Source: an uncultured Clostridia bacterium (GTDB lineage Bacteria; Bacillota; Clostridia; UBA1381; UMGS1253). Taken from it: a stretch of DNA of 64,000 nt. This document shows positions 8,973 to 20,100 of this stretch, in pieces. Position 1 is the stretch's first letter. Every line of letters starts with the position of its first letter. The DNA lies in the NCBI GenBank assembly GCA_934457145.1, contig CAKSHP010000005.1, forward strand, positions 17,121 through 81,120. The letters are read 5' to 3'. The position numbers and the translations under genes were made by a program. Under the pieces are notes generated by a model that worked only from the letters and a program-made list of their open reading frames with translations, had not been told where the DNA came from and did not search any database.

Positions 8973-9713
8973 ATGTCGGATTGTATTAATATTTTAGGCG
9001 TTAATATATCAACGCTTACAATGCAGCAAACAGTTAAAAAAGCTCTTTCATTTTTGGAAGATGATAAAAATCATGTTGTGTTTACGCCTAATTCGGAAAT
9101 AATTTACGAAGCATATAAAAATAAAGACTTTGCGGACATATTAAATTCGTCGGATATAAACACGGCGGACGGCATAGGGGTTGTGTATGCTTCAAAAATA
9201 CTAAAACAGCCGCTGGCAGAAAGGGTTGCGGGGTTTGATTTTTTAAATGAGCTTATAAAAGCGGCGGCGCCGCTTAATAAAAAAGTGTTTTTGTTTGGCT
9301 CAAAGCCGGGCGTGGCGCAAAAGGCAGGAGAAACGCTTGAGAAAAAGTATCCCGGAATTGTTATATGCGGAATGCGAAACGGATATTTTAAAGAAGAAGA
9401 AAGCGTGCAGATTGCAAATCAGATAAAAGAATCCGGCGCCGATATCGTGCTTGTTTGTCTCGGTGCGCCGAAACAGGAAAAGTGGATATATAAATATAAA
9501 GACATGGTCGGAGCAAAAATAATTATGGGCGCCGGCGGCAGTCTGGACGTTTTGGCGGGAACGGTTGAGCGTGCGCCTGAAAAATGGCAGAAGTTGGGAC
9601 TTGAATGGGCATACAGACTAAAAAAAGAACCGAAACGGATAATGCGCATGACGGCGCTTCCCAAATTTGGCTTTACGGTGCTTTTCAAGGGCAGAAAATA
9701 TATTAAAAAATAA
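8973..9713 (+). CDS. tagA: WecB/TagA/CpsF family glycosyltransferase
   Basis: 246 aa with INILGVNIS, TADGIGVVYASK, VFLFGSKPGVA and LVCLGAPKQE. Confidence 0.8.
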   Translation: MSDCINILGVNISTLTMQQTVKKALSFLEDDKNHVVFTPNSEIIYEAYKNKDFADILNSSDINTADGIGVVYASKILKQPLAERVAGFDFLNELIKAAAPLNKKVFLFGSKPGVAQKAGETLEKKYPGIVICGMRNGYFKEEESVQIANQIKESGADIVLVCLGAPKQEKWIYKYKDMVGAKIIMGAGGSLDVLAGTVERAPEKWQKLGLEWAYRLKKEPKRIMRMTALPKFGFTVLFKGRKYIKK

Positions 9714-9751
9714 AATCTTGCTTCAAACGAAAAAGGAAAGGAATAATTAAC

Positions 9752-10423
9752 ATGGGCAGACTCTTTGTTATTGAAGGGGTGGACGGCTCGGGAAAGGCAA
9801 CTCAGAGCGAAAGGCTTTATACAAGGCTTAAAAACGAAAATTTATCGCCTTTAAAACTCACTTTCCCAGACTATGAAAGCACATCGTCCGACATTGTGAA
9901 AAAATATCTTGCCGGCGAATTCGGAAAAAAAGCAAGCGATGTTGCGCCGAAAACCGCGTCAACGTTTTTTGCAATCGACAGATATGTGTCATATAAAACA
10001 AAGTGGGAAAAATTTTATAAAGACAACGGGATTATTATTGCCGACAGATACACAACCTCAAACATGATTCATCAGGCGTCTAAAATAGATGATGAAAGCA
10101 AAAAAGAGGAGTTTTTAAACTGGCTGGAGGATTTTGAATATAATATATATTCATTGCCGAGGCCGGATGTTACAATTTTTTTGGATGTTCCCGTTCAAAT
10201 CGGATACGAAATAAGCAAAAACCGAAAAAATAAAATAAACGGCAGCGAAACTCTCGATATACATGAAAGCGACAGAGAGTATATAAACAAAAGCTATGAA
10301 AATTCAAAGTTTATAGCAAAAAAATACGGCTGGGAAACAATTTGCTGCGTTAAAGATGAAAAAATGCGCACGATTGAGGATATTCATGAGCAGATATATG
10401 AAATTATAAAAAAATATTTATAA
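9752..10423 (+). CDS. tmk: dTMP kinase
   Basis: Contains the P-loop FVIEGVDGSGKATQ and the DRY motif. Confidence 0.85.
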   Translation: MGRLFVIEGVDGSGKATQSERLYTRLKNENLSPLKLTFPDYESTSSDIVKKYLAGEFGKKASDVAPKTASTFFAIDRYVSYKTKWEKFYKDNGIIIADRYTTSNMIHQASKIDDESKKEEFLNWLEDFEYNIYSLPRPDVTIFLDVPVQIGYEISKNRKNKINGSETLDIHESDREYINKSYENSKFIAKKYGWETICCVKDEKMRTIEDIHEQIYEIIKKYL

Positions 10424-10433
10424 AATAATGCAT

Positions 10434-10480
10434 AAAAACGGCGGGAGAAAAGCAATTTTGTTTTTCTCCCGCCGTTTTTT
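10434..10480. terminator. bidirectional terminator between tmk and the corA-like gene
   Basis: CGGCGGGAGAAAA (10439-10451) pairs with TTTTCTCCCGCCG (10462-10474). It is flanked by an A-run and a T-run. Confidence 0.75.
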
Positions 10481-10500
10481 ATTTTAACTAAAGCCATTTT

Positions 10501-11346
10501 TTAAAGCCACTTTTTGCGTTTGAAAAACCATATCAGAAATATTACAAGCGCAATACTTACAAATATTATGCAGCCGTAGCCGTAGTGCCATTTTAGCTCC
10601 GGCATGTTTGTAAAATTCATACCGTACCACCCGGCTATAAGCGACAGCGGCAAAAATATAACGGTTACAACAGTGAAAAGCTGCATTAAATCGTTTTGAC
10701 GTATTGCAAGCTGCGACTGATACGCTTCGCGCAGCTGACTGATTATTTCCTGAAGGTTTACAACAGTGTTTAAATATCGTTCGCTGCGGCTTTTCAGCGC
10801 CGAAAAACGCCTTACATATGCAGGAGAGACAATGCGGTTTTCGTTTTCACAAAGCTCGTCAAAAATCGACGAAAGCTGACTGTAATAGCGTTTTAGCCTT
10901 AAAAGTTCCTTTCTGCGGTTTATCATCTGTTTTGTGTCTAAATTATTTGCGTTTGATAATATAAAATCTTCCTCATCGGAAAGAGTTTGCTCAAAGTTTT
11001 GCAAAAAATTTATATCACCTTTTAAAATGCGGGCAAAAAACAAATATAAAATGTGCGCCGGAGAGGAAAGCGGCTGCAAATTCAGCTCGTTTAACGTTTT
11101 TGTCACTTTACTTTCCATGAAATCGTTTTCGCAAAAGAAAAACAAACCGATTTTATCAAAATATATCATAAGCTTTGCAGTGTCTCGCTTGTCGCTTTTT
11201 ACATCGTAAAAATCAAATGCAAGAAGGTCAAAATCATCAAAACATTCAAAGCCCTCTGTCTGACATTCCTGTATGTAGTCAAATGCTTTTTTGTCCATAA
11301 GCGGCGCAGCGTCGCTTATATTTTCAAATTTAAAAATTTTATACAT
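10501..11346 (-). CDS. CorA-like divalent cation channel
   Basis: The C-terminus has two TM helices and the GMN motif (WYGMNF). I set the start to the inner ATG (MYKIFKF); the ORF track extends it to 11397. Confidence 0.75.
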   Translation of the reverse strand: MYKIFKFENISDAAPLMDKKAFDYIQECQTEGFECFDDFDLLAFDFYDVKSDKRDTAKLMIYFDKIGLFFFCENDFMESKVTKTLNELNLQPLSSPAHILYLFFARILKGDINFLQNFEQTLSDEEDFILSNANNLDTKQMINRRKELLRLKRYYSQLSSIFDELCENENRIVSPAYVRRFSALKSRSERYLNTVVNLQEIISQLREAYQSQLAIRQNDLMQLFTVVTVIFLPLSLIAGWYGMNFTNMPELKWHYGYGCIIFVSIALVIFLIWFFKRKKWL

Positions 11347-12538
11347 AATCTTTTCCTCCAGTGTCGGAATTTTGAATAAACAAATCTTCACAGCCAAGCT
11401 TTAAAAGCGCGCATGCCAGCGAAAAGAGATAACAAAAATGCATGTCGGCGTTGTCGGTTTCTATATCAAAATCGTTTTTGGCTTTTTGGATGCGGTAAAG
11501 CACGGTGTTTGAATGAGTAAACATTTTTTGCGACGTTTTTTTAAGCGAACGGCTGCATATAAAATAGTTATACAAAGTCAGGCAAAATTCGCTTTTATTT
11601 TTAAGATCGTATTTAAAAAGACTGTTTATTTTGCTGTCTATCGGGAAATCTTTTTGCTTGTAAAGCTTTGCAAGCAAAAGATAATCTCTTTCAAACGCAA
11701 CGAAGCAGTCCCTTTTTAAAAAAGAGTCTGTGTTAAAAATATCGGATATTAACTTGTAGTGAATATACATATCAAAAAGCGCGCCGAGACGTTTTGAAAC
11801 AATAATTTTTAACTTAAACTCGTTTGCAAGCAAATTAAGATTATATATGTCACTGTCCTCATGAATAAATAAAATAATTTGGTTTCTGTATAAAAACGGG
11901 TGCGCGCCGTGAAAATACAGATTTATTTTATCTTTCACAAATCCGGAGGAGCTGTCGTGCTCAATACTTTTGCAAAAGTCAATAACAGCAAAACGGCTCG
12001 GCGAAAAATGCGAAAGGTATGTTCCGCCGACCTGAATATCAAAAATATTTTTGTCGGAAAACTTGCCACCGAGTAAGTCTTCCAAAATCTCCTGGGATGT
12101 GCTGTTGGCACTGTCACAGCAGTGAAGCTCAAGATAAAGCTGTTTTGCCAAAAGCGATTCGCAAAACAAAAAATCTTCGGATTTCGGGATTGCATCTTCG
12201 GCGCTTTTAAAAATATATAATATATATCCCAAAAGAACGCCGCCGCTTGAAAGGCTTGCAACATATAAGTTGTTTTCACCCATGCAAATCCAAAAATGAT
12301 TTTTGTTTTCGTTTAATTTTTCGGCAATCTGCGTACATGCCGAAAACGAAAGCTCGCTGTGGCGCACGGCGGTTTTATAGGCAGCGTCTGCATAGTTTAA
12401 ATACGAATATGAGCAAACAATGTGAAAGGCACAGTCTGTTATAATAATCGGACACAAAAACTCCTCGCCGACGCTCTTTGCAAGCTCGTTTAGTGAGTTG
12501 TCGCAAAAAAACGACGACAGAATCTTATCTTTGTTCAT
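11339..12538 (-). CDS. PucR/CdaR-type transcriptional regulator
   Basis: The C-terminal HTH reads LKKTSQKMFTHSNTVLYRIQKAKNDF. The gene overlaps the downstream CorA-like gene, which suggests an operon. Confidence 0.6.
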   Translation of the reverse strand: MNKDKILSSFFCDNSLNELAKSVGEEFLCPIIITDCAFHIVCSYSYLNYADAAYKTAVRHSELSFSACTQIAEKLNENKNHFWICMGENNLYVASLSSGGVLLGYILYIFKSAEDAIPKSEDFLFCESLLAKQLYLELHCCDSANSTSQEILEDLLGGKFSDKNIFDIQVGGTYLSHFSPSRFAVIDFCKSIEHDSSSGFVKDKINLYFHGAHPFLYRNQIILFIHEDSDIYNLNLLANEFKLKIIVSKRLGALFDMYIHYKLISDIFNTDSFLKRDCFVAFERDYLLLAKLYKQKDFPIDSKINSLFKYDLKNKSEFCLTLYNYFICSRSLKKTSQKMFTHSNTVLYRIQKAKNDFDIETDNADMHFCYLFSLACALLKLGCEDLFIQNSDTGGKDYV

Positions 12539-12760
12539 AGCGCACCTCCGATTTGTGCTGCGGGCACAAATAAATTTGATTAAATTATACTCTTATAACG
12601 TTGATTTGTCAAGAAAAATGAGTATAATAATAATTGTAAAAAGGAAATGAAGAAAATAAAGAATAAGAAGATAAAAAACGGAGATGATACCAATGGAAAT
12701 AAAGAAGAATATAAAAAGCGGTAAAAAGAAAAATGCATAACCAAAAGTGGAGGTGTTATT

Positions 12761-13210
12761 ATGTTTGAACTCAGCAGAAGAAATAATAATAAAGCTTTAT
12801 ATAATCCTTTTAAAGAAATGGACGAATTTGAAAAACGGTTTTTTGCAGAGCCGTTCGGATTTTTCACAAACGGCATGTTAGATGAATTTAAAACCGACAT
12901 TAAAGACGAAGGCGACCGCTTTGAACTTGAAGCCGATTTGCCCGGCTTTGATAAAAAAGATATTCACCTAGATATTGACGGCGACTGTCTTAAAATCAGT
13001 GCCGAACGTCATTCGGAGCATGAAGAAAAAGACAAGAAAGGCAAATATGTAAGGTGTGAGCGTTCCTATGGCTCATATGCAAGAGAGTTTGACTTGTCAA
13101 ACGTTAAGGCAGATGAAATAAAAGCCAAATACGAAAACGGCGTGCTTAAGCTTACATTGCCGAAAAAGCAGCAGATAATATCTGCGCCGAAACATCTTGA
13201 AATTGAATAA
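12761..13210 (+). CDS. Hsp20/alpha-crystallin small heat-shock protein
   Basis: The alpha-crystallin domain includes DIKDEGDRFELEADLPGFDKKDI...GVLKLTLPK. Confidence 0.9.
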   Translation: MFELSRRNNNKALYNPFKEMDEFEKRFFAEPFGFFTNGMLDEFKTDIKDEGDRFELEADLPGFDKKDIHLDIDGDCLKISAERHSEHEEKDKKGKYVRCERSYGSYAREFDLSNVKADEIKAKYENGVLKLTLPKKQQIISAPKHLEIE

Positions 13211-13219
13211 ATATAAGAT

Positions 13220-13257
13220 ATACTCTAAAGCACATTTGCTTTAGGGTATATTTTTTT
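13220..13257 (+). terminator. terminator after hsp20
   Basis: ATACTCTAAAGC pairs with GCTTTAGGGTAT, followed by a T7 run. Confidence 0.7.
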
Positions 13258-13273
13258 GTCTGTATATTTTTTC

Positions 13274-13302
13274 TTGTAAAAACGCTTTATATATGGTATA
13301 CT
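13274..13302 (+). promoter_or_regulatory. promoter TTGTAA-17-TATACT upstream of mutS2
   Basis: Hexamers and spacing read directly from the sequence. Confidence 0.45.
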
Positions 13303-13332
13303 TTAAATATAAAATTATTAAGGAAGATTATT

Positions 13333-15723
13333 ATGACAAAGATCAGAAAAAATAAAGCACTTACCATACTTGAATTTGATAAAATTCTTGACATTTTAGC
13401 GGAGTTTACATCAAACGACGCCGTTAAAGAAAAAATATATAACCTTACCCCCTCAAAAGATAAAGATGAGGCAGAGGCGCTTCAAAGCGAAACAACTCAG
13501 GCGCAGACCTATATTTTAAAATACGGTTCATGTCCGAATCTTGCGGTGCCGCCGGTTATAAACAGCGTAAGGCGCTGCGAAGTAGGCGGAGTGCTTTCAA
13601 TGCGCGAGCTTTTAAACATTGCCTCTGTGCTCTACACTGCGCGAAACGCAAAAAAATATCTTGAAAACGCAAAACAAGACGAAAGCGGAACACTTTTTTT
13701 AATTGCCTCAAGCCTTACGGACGTAAAAATGCTTGAACAGCAGATAAAAATGTGTATCATATCTGAAGAAGAGGTTGCCGACGGGGCAAGCGGCGAGCTT
13801 TTGTCGATACGAAGAAAAATGAGCAGTTTAAAAGACAAAATAAAAGATATTTTAGACAGCTATATCCATTCTTCAAAATATATAAAATATCTTCAGGAGC
13901 CTATCGTTACAATGCGTTCGGACAGATACGTGATACCGGTTAAAAGCGAAAACCGAAACGAAATATCGGGCGTTGTGCATGATACATCTTCAACCGGGGC
14001 AACCGTGTTTATAGAGCCGATGAGCGTTGTGAACGCAAATAATGAAATCCGCGATTTAAAAGGCAAGGAACAGGCGGAAATTGAAAGAATTCTGGCGCAG
14101 CTTTCATCTCAGGTCAGCGAATATAAATCAGAAATTGAAACCAACTATTATCAGCTTTGCGAGTTGGACTTTATTTTCTGCAAGGCAAAGCTTTCTTTAA
14201 AATACAATGCCACAGAGGCAAAAATCAACGACAGCGGAGAAATTTATTTAAAAAAGGCGCGCCATCCTTTAATAGATTCAAAAAACGTTGTTGCAAACGA
14301 CATATACCTTGGCGGCGATTTTGACACGCTTGTTATAACCGGTCCGAACACGGGCGGAAAAACCGTCACGCTAAAGACAATAGGTTTGTTTTGCATTATG
14401 GCGGCTGCCGGACTTCATATACCGGCTTTGGACAATTCAAAGGTGAGCGTGTTTAACAAGATATGGGCTGATATCGGCGACGAACAAAGTATTGAGCAGA
14501 GCCTTTCAACCTTTTCGTCACACATGAAAAACATCGTAAACATCGTAAATCATATAGATTCAAAATCGCTTGCGCTTTTTGACGAGCTTGGCGCCGGAAC
14601 CGATCCGACAGAGGGAGCGGCTCTTGCCGTTTCCGTGCTTGAATATCTAAGGCTTTACGGGGCAAAGTGCGCCGCAACAACGCACTACAGCGAGCTTAAA
14701 ACCTTTGCGCTCACAACGCCGGGAGTGTGCAATGCGTCGTGTGAATTTGATATAAAAACCCTTAACCCGACATATAAGCTTTTAATCGGAGTGCCGGGCA
14801 AATCGAATGCGTTTGCGATATCTGCAAAGCTCGGATTAAATAAAACTATTATTGAAAGCGCAAAATCAATGATGACTAAAGACAATCTGCGCTTTGAGGA
14901 TTTGATAAGCAGCATAGAGGAAAAGCGCCGCCTTGCTGAAAAGGAGGCACAAACCGCACAGGCACTGCGAAGCGAAATTGCAAAACTAAACGAAGAAGCT
15001 AAAAACCAAAAGGAAAAGCTTGAAAAAAGCCGCGAAAAAATCCTTGACGAAGCGCGCCGCGAGGCAAAAAGAATTGTTGCCGGCGCAAAAGACGAATGTT
15101 CAAAAATAGTGCGCGAGGCAAACAAGCTTCAGAAAAGCGGGATAAACGCAAAGCAGATTGAAAAAATAAAAAGCGGATTAAAAAAGAAAGAAAACGAGAT
15201 TGATGAGTCGTTTTCCGATGTTTTGCGCCCCAAGGTTCAAAGCCATGCGCCGAAAACAGTAAAAGAGGGCGACAGTGTGGAGGTTTTAAGCCTTTCGCAG
15301 ATTGCAACAGTGCTTTCGCCGCCCGACAAAGACAAAAACGTTTATGTACAGGCAGGACCTTTGAAAATCAGCGTTAAGCTCGACGGTCTGCGTCTTGTGA
15401 CGCAAAATGCGCCGCAGACAAAGAAAACAAAAACCGATTATGCCGCAATGGCTAAAACATATGTTTCAAAAAAAGCAAATATTAAATCCGAAATAGACCT
15501 CAGGGGAATGACGCTGGAGGAGGCGCTTCTGGAAACCGACCAGTTTATTTCCGACGCTTATGTTGCGGGACTGACGCAGATAAGTATTATTCATGGCAAG
15601 GGAACAGGCGTTTTAAGAGCCGGAATATCGGATATGCTGAAACGCCATAAGCTTGTAAAAAGCTACAGGCTCGGAAAATACGGCGAAGGAGAAACAGGTG
15701 TTACCATAGCGGAATTAAAATAA
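13333..15723 (+). CDS. mutS2: endonuclease MutS2
   Basis: 796 aa. It has Walker A GPNTGGKT, a coiled-coil linker, and a C-terminal Smr domain (IDLRGMTLEEA...IIHGKGTGVLR). Confidence 0.95.
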   Translation: MTKIRKNKALTILEFDKILDILAEFTSNDAVKEKIYNLTPSKDKDEAEALQSETTQAQTYILKYGSCPNLAVPPVINSVRRCEVGGVLSMRELLNIASVLYTARNAKKYLENAKQDESGTLFLIASSLTDVKMLEQQIKMCIISEEEVADGASGELLSIRRKMSSLKDKIKDILDSYIHSSKYIKYLQEPIVTMRSDRYVIPVKSENRNEISGVVHDTSSTGATVFIEPMSVVNANNEIRDLKGKEQAEIERILAQLSSQVSEYKSEIETNYYQLCELDFIFCKAKLSLKYNATEAKINDSGEIYLKKARHPLIDSKNVVANDIYLGGDFDTLVITGPNTGGKTVTLKTIGLFCIMAAAGLHIPALDNSKVSVFNKIWADIGDEQSIEQSLSTFSSHMKNIVNIVNHIDSKSLALFDELGAGTDPTEGAALAVSVLEYLRLYGAKCAATTHYSELKTFALTTPGVCNASCEFDIKTLNPTYKLLIGVPGKSNAFAISAKLGLNKTIIESAKSMMTKDNLRFEDLISSIEEKRRLAEKEAQTAQALRSEIAKLNEEAKNQKEKLEKSREKILDEARREAKRIVAGAKDECSKIVREANKLQKSGINAKQIEKIKSGLKKKENEIDESFSDVLRPKVQSHAPKTVKEGDSVEVLSLSQIATVLSPPDKDKNVYVQAGPLKISVKLDGLRLVTQNAPQTKKTKTDYAAMAKTYVSKKANIKSEIDLRGMTLEEALLETDQFISDAYVAGLTQISIIHGKGTGVLRAGISDMLKRHKLVKSYRLGKYGEGETGVTIAELK

Positions 15724-15744
15724 TCACAATATTTTTGCAAAATG

Positions 15745-15773
15745 TTGACTTTTTTGTTAATAACAGATATAAT
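15745..15773 (+). promoter_or_regulatory. promoter TTGACT-17-TATAAT
   Basis: Read directly; it lies upstream of the metallophosphoesterase gene. Confidence 0.5.
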
Positions 15774-15788
15774 ATTGTTAAATGAAAA

Positions 15789-16874
15789 GTGCGGAGGGAA
15801 AACATGAGCAAAATAATAAGTGATTTATACGGGTGCGACTTTGTTATAGATTTGGGCGAAAAAAGAAAAAAGATAAAGCTTTTGCAGCTTACCGATATGC
15901 AGGTTATTGACTCATCGCAAAGAAGAACGCCGGAGCGGCTGCGACCGGACGAGATAAAAGCGTGGGCGCCGGAAAATTTTGATGCGCTTTGCGGCAATCA
16001 TATCCGTTCGCTTGTATCGCAAACGAAGCCTGATTTAATATTTATCACGGGAGATATTGTGTATGGTTCGTTTGATGATAAGGGCAGCACTTTAAAGTGG
16101 TTTTGCAAGTTTATGGACTCGCTTGAAATTCCGTGGGCGCCGGTGTTCGGCAATCACGACAACGAATCAAAAATGGGGGTTGCATGGCAGTGTGAGCAGT
16201 TTGAAAAAAGCAAATACTGCGTGTTTAAAAGAGGAGAAGTGTCCGGCAACGGCAACTACACGGTCGGAATTTTATCAGAGGGAAAGCTTGTGCGCGCACT
16301 GCACATGACAGACTCAAACGGCTGCGCAGCAGGCGATGATAAAGACGTTATAAAGGCTGAAATAATATGTCATGACCAAATAGAGCTTATAAAGAAAAAA
16401 ACGCAGCTTATACAAAGCAAGTGCAATGCGAAAATCCCGGCATTTCTTGCTTTTCATATACCTACAAAGGAATTTGAGGAAGCGGAAAAGCATAACGGAT
16501 ACATAACAGACAGCCGAAAGTTTTACACAATCGGCGTGGATGTCGGGCAAAAAAACGGCGATTTCGGGTTTAAACTTGAAGATTATGAGAGCATAAAAAC
16601 TCCCGCTGATTTTATCGATACTTTAAAAGAGTGCAATATTGACGGGGTTTTTACAGGTCATTGCCATAATATATGCACGTGTATTGAATACGAAAATATT
16701 CGCTGGGTTTTCGGGCTTAAAACCGGTCAGTACGATTATCACATACCGGGGCAAATCGGGGCAACGCTTGTCACGCTTGACGGCAAAGACTTTGATGTTT
16801 TGCATGTGCCGTCGCTTGTGGCATATGGACCGTTTCCCGGAAAAGCAAAAATGTTTAATAATTTCTTTACATAG
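15789..16874 (+). CDS. calcineurin-like metallophosphoesterase
   Basis: Contains QLTDMQ, ITGDIVYG, VFGNHDNE and GHCHN motifs. The start may be the ATG at 15804. Confidence 0.75.
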   Translation: MRRENMSKIISDLYGCDFVIDLGEKRKKIKLLQLTDMQVIDSSQRRTPERLRPDEIKAWAPENFDALCGNHIRSLVSQTKPDLIFITGDIVYGSFDDKGSTLKWFCKFMDSLEIPWAPVFGNHDNESKMGVAWQCEQFEKSKYCVFKRGEVSGNGNYTVGILSEGKLVRALHMTDSNGCAAGDDKDVIKAEIICHDQIELIKKKTQLIQSKCNAKIPAFLAFHIPTKEFEEAEKHNGYITDSRKFYTIGVDVGQKNGDFGFKLEDYESIKTPADFIDTLKECNIDGVFTGHCHNICTCIEYENIRWVFGLKTGQYDYHIPGQIGATLVTLDGKDFDVLHVPSLVAYGPFPGKAKMFNNFFT

Positions 16875-16877
16875 AAT

Positions 16878-16915
16878 AAAAAAATACGGCGGTGCAGCAG
16901 CATTGCCGTATTTTT
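16878..16915 (+). terminator. terminator after the metallophosphoesterase gene
   Basis: ATACGGC pairs with GCCGTAT, followed by a T-run. Confidence 0.65.
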
Positions 16916-16941
16916 ACATGGTTTTCCAATAATAAAAATGA

Positions 16942-16970
16942 TTGACAATCGAGAAAATATATGTTATACT
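16942..16970 (+). promoter_or_regulatory. promoter TTGACA-17-(TGt)TATACT upstream of the rhs gene
   Basis: TTGACA is at 16942-16947 and an extended -10 (TGTTATACT) ends at 16970. This leaves a leader of about 180 nt. Confidence 0.55.
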
Positions 16971-17151
16971 GAAGATACAAAATATCAAAAGGAGGCGATT
17001 TTTGAAATAAAATAAATAAAAACAGCAAAAACTCAGTAATTTTTCCATGGCACACGATTGTAAGGTTGAGGGGGTAGAAGAAATTTGCCGCAAAAGCATT
17101 ATACCTAAAAGCGTGCAGATGCTTCTTGAAGCCGAAAGGCGAAAGGATGGT

Positions 17152-20100
17152 ATGTTTATGAAAAGGTTATTAAGTGTTTTACTAAGTATTATGTTAGTGT
17201 TTTCCGCATTTGGCGGTGCGTTTGCAAATGACGCTGCCGCTTTAGAAAGTGCGGAATTTTTTAATTTTCAAGAAGAAAATGAAAATTATGCGCCGGCAGA
17301 CGAAATTCTGCCAAATGATGATTTGGACGGCAGCAGTGAAACAGAAAGAGAGATTTTAACTTCACAAAGCGTGAAACCGGTGGCAGAAGATGATGAGGGC
17401 ATTAATCTGCCGGGAAACGAAAAAGGCTATGGTGCGTCTAATCTGCCAGAGCTGCCCAATCTGCCGACTGAGCAGGAAACAGACAGCGGCGGTTTAAACA
17501 ACGAGGGGCAAAACCGCCCGAACAGCGGCAGCTATCTTACATATGAACAAATGCTTGAAAAAGTGCGTTCAAATGCACGAAGCGAAGAGGAATACGAAAA
17601 AATTATAAATGCGCAATACATTGAGCCTGTGTATGACGATTTTGACGAAGAACAGCTTGAAAGAGCAAGAGAAAAAATTTTAAACATTAAAAACAGAGAG
17701 GTTGAAACGGAAAACGCGCTTAATTATGAAAGCGGCGCGGCTGCGATTGCAGAATTAAACGGCAGACCGGATTTGAAGATGCCGTCACTGTCGCCGAGAA
17801 AAGCGGCAAAATTTCCGAAAAGCCTTGAAGAAATTGATTTTTCACTGCCGGGCATAACTCCGGGCGCCGAAACACAGTCAAGCGGAACACAGGAGGAAAT
17901 TGACATTGCGCCCGAACAGTACGAAAGCGTATACAATGTGTTTAACAACGGCAATGAGGCTGTTGACGTACAGAGCGGAAATTTAAGCTATATTTATCCT
18001 GTTGTTTCGCTTCCGGGAAAAGACGGATTTGATTTAAATATTAATTTGGTTTATCATTCCGAAGATTCGCTGATGCGCGACTATAATGTTTCGCGAAATT
18101 GGAGTGTGGATTTGCCACAGGTGAGCTATGTTGGCAATTATCAAACAATAAGACTGCGTGACGGGAGAGTTATAAAGGAAAGTAACGGTGTTTTCTATAA
18201 TAAATACACAGATGATGTTACAATTACATGGTCAACAGGTGCTGAAAAAACTGCAACTGTTGAGTATAAAGACGGATCAAAGGACTATTTTGACAAAGAC
18301 GGAAGCATAGAACGCTCGGAAGATCCGTACGGAAATCAGATAACATATTCATATACGCGTCCAAACAGTATTGATAAATTTATTTATTCAATAACAGATA
18401 CATACGGAAGAAAAATTGAATTTAACTTTGAGACACAGAGCAAATTAAAAATTTATTGCGGCGATACGGTTTATGCTGTAGCAGATGTACATGCTGGCGG
18501 TCCTATTTCAAAAATAGGTACAAAACGAAATGCTGCGGGAGAGATAGAATGTGCAACCGAATTTACATATCAAAACGATTATCATGACATAGGTGTGGAT
18601 GGTGGCGCTCGCGAACTTTTAACAAAAATTAAATATTATACCGGCGGCGTTACAAAGTTTGAGTATGAAGCTTATAACAAAAACACATATATTGAACGTT
18701 GGTCATATGGAAGAGATTTATTTTCGGGGGAATATGGTTACACAAGCATAGGATATATGTGGGATGATGTGAACGAAAACAGAGTTATAAGCCGTGCGGA
18801 CTATCTTGAAGACAGCGAAACGGCAGAGCCGTTAAACACTGTGAATTATTACTATATCACAGATGATGATATGGAGTATGACGAAATTTCCGGCGATTAC
18901 ACAGACGCAAATTATACCTACTACACAATATGCGAAACTGCCGACAGCAGAAAAGAAGGTTCGCTTCATCAAAATATTTATGCATTTAACAACCGCCGTC
19001 AAAAAATAAAAGAAGAACTTACCGACGGTGAGTTTGGCAGATTTATATCAGCTGAAAAATTTAACAGCTTAAATGTGAATTTAAGCTATCAGGCAGATGA
19101 GTATTTTTCATGCAGTGACGTGCATTACCGTTACTATCCGCAAACTCATACATATAACGGCGAAACATACGGCAGAGGCGTTTATAATTATCAGGCTGCC
19201 GGACACATTTTAGAATATGAATCGATATATAATGAAAATGATATGCGAAGTATTGAGGCGGCAACCGCTCCGTATGATGAAGTGTATAACAGAGTGGATG
19301 AGATGCTGTATTTAAAATACACAACCAAAGCCGGCAAAGTGTTTTACGAAAAAATAAATATGCAGGAGGAACTAAAGAGGCAAAGGGAATTTACCGAATA
19401 CACATATCACCCGACCTACCGCCTCTTAACGCACACGTTGAAAAAGCATGAGCTTGACGATAATGGCGATCCCTTTGAAAGCAGCACAACATATAACTCA
19501 AAAGGCGATATACTTTCTCACACGGATTTTTATAAAAATACTGTAACATACACATATCCGGAGCAAAACAATAAAGGTATACCGCTGAGCGAAACATATT
19601 CGTATAACGGCGTTTCGGATACAACAACCGTTACAAATACCCTCTTATACACAGAGGGCGGAGCAGCATATATATCAAGTACGCAGACTGCATATAATGA
19701 CGGATATGTGAACAAACAGGATTATACATATGTTTTTAACACGCATATAGATCCGATTATACAAACTGCGTATTACGAGGGAACATCTCAGCGCTTGGGA
19801 TTTTACAAAAAAACAAGCGGATTTACCACCGTGATTGGAGACGAGCTGTGCGTAACAACGAGGGTACATTCGTATTATACCGACACAGAATATATACAAA
19901 CATCAAAAATATATGACTTAAAAACAATGCTTTTAAAAAGCGAAACAGACGGCGAAAATTTAACAACTTCATATATTTATGATGATGTTTTTTGGAATAA
20001 GGTTAAACAAATCACCGAGCCGAGCGGAAAAACAACAAAGTATTTTTATAATATCGGTGAGGAAAATTCGTTTGTGACGCTTTTGTGCGATAAATATTAC

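Noticed and set aside
12647-12724. 25-codon Lys-rich mini-ORF (MKKIKNKKIKNGDDTNGNKEEYKKR) in the purine-rich hsp20 leader.
   Set aside because: The SD-to-ATG spacing is too short (about 2 nt), and the sequence is low-complexity A/G-rich. It is more likely an untranslated leader. No CIRCE or ROSE-like element was recognised either.
17047-17151. ORF-track start of the Rhs protein at ATG 17047.
   Set aside because: There is no SD upstream, and it would put 35 residues in front of a canonical signal peptide. ATG 17152 or 17158 follows AAAGGATGG.
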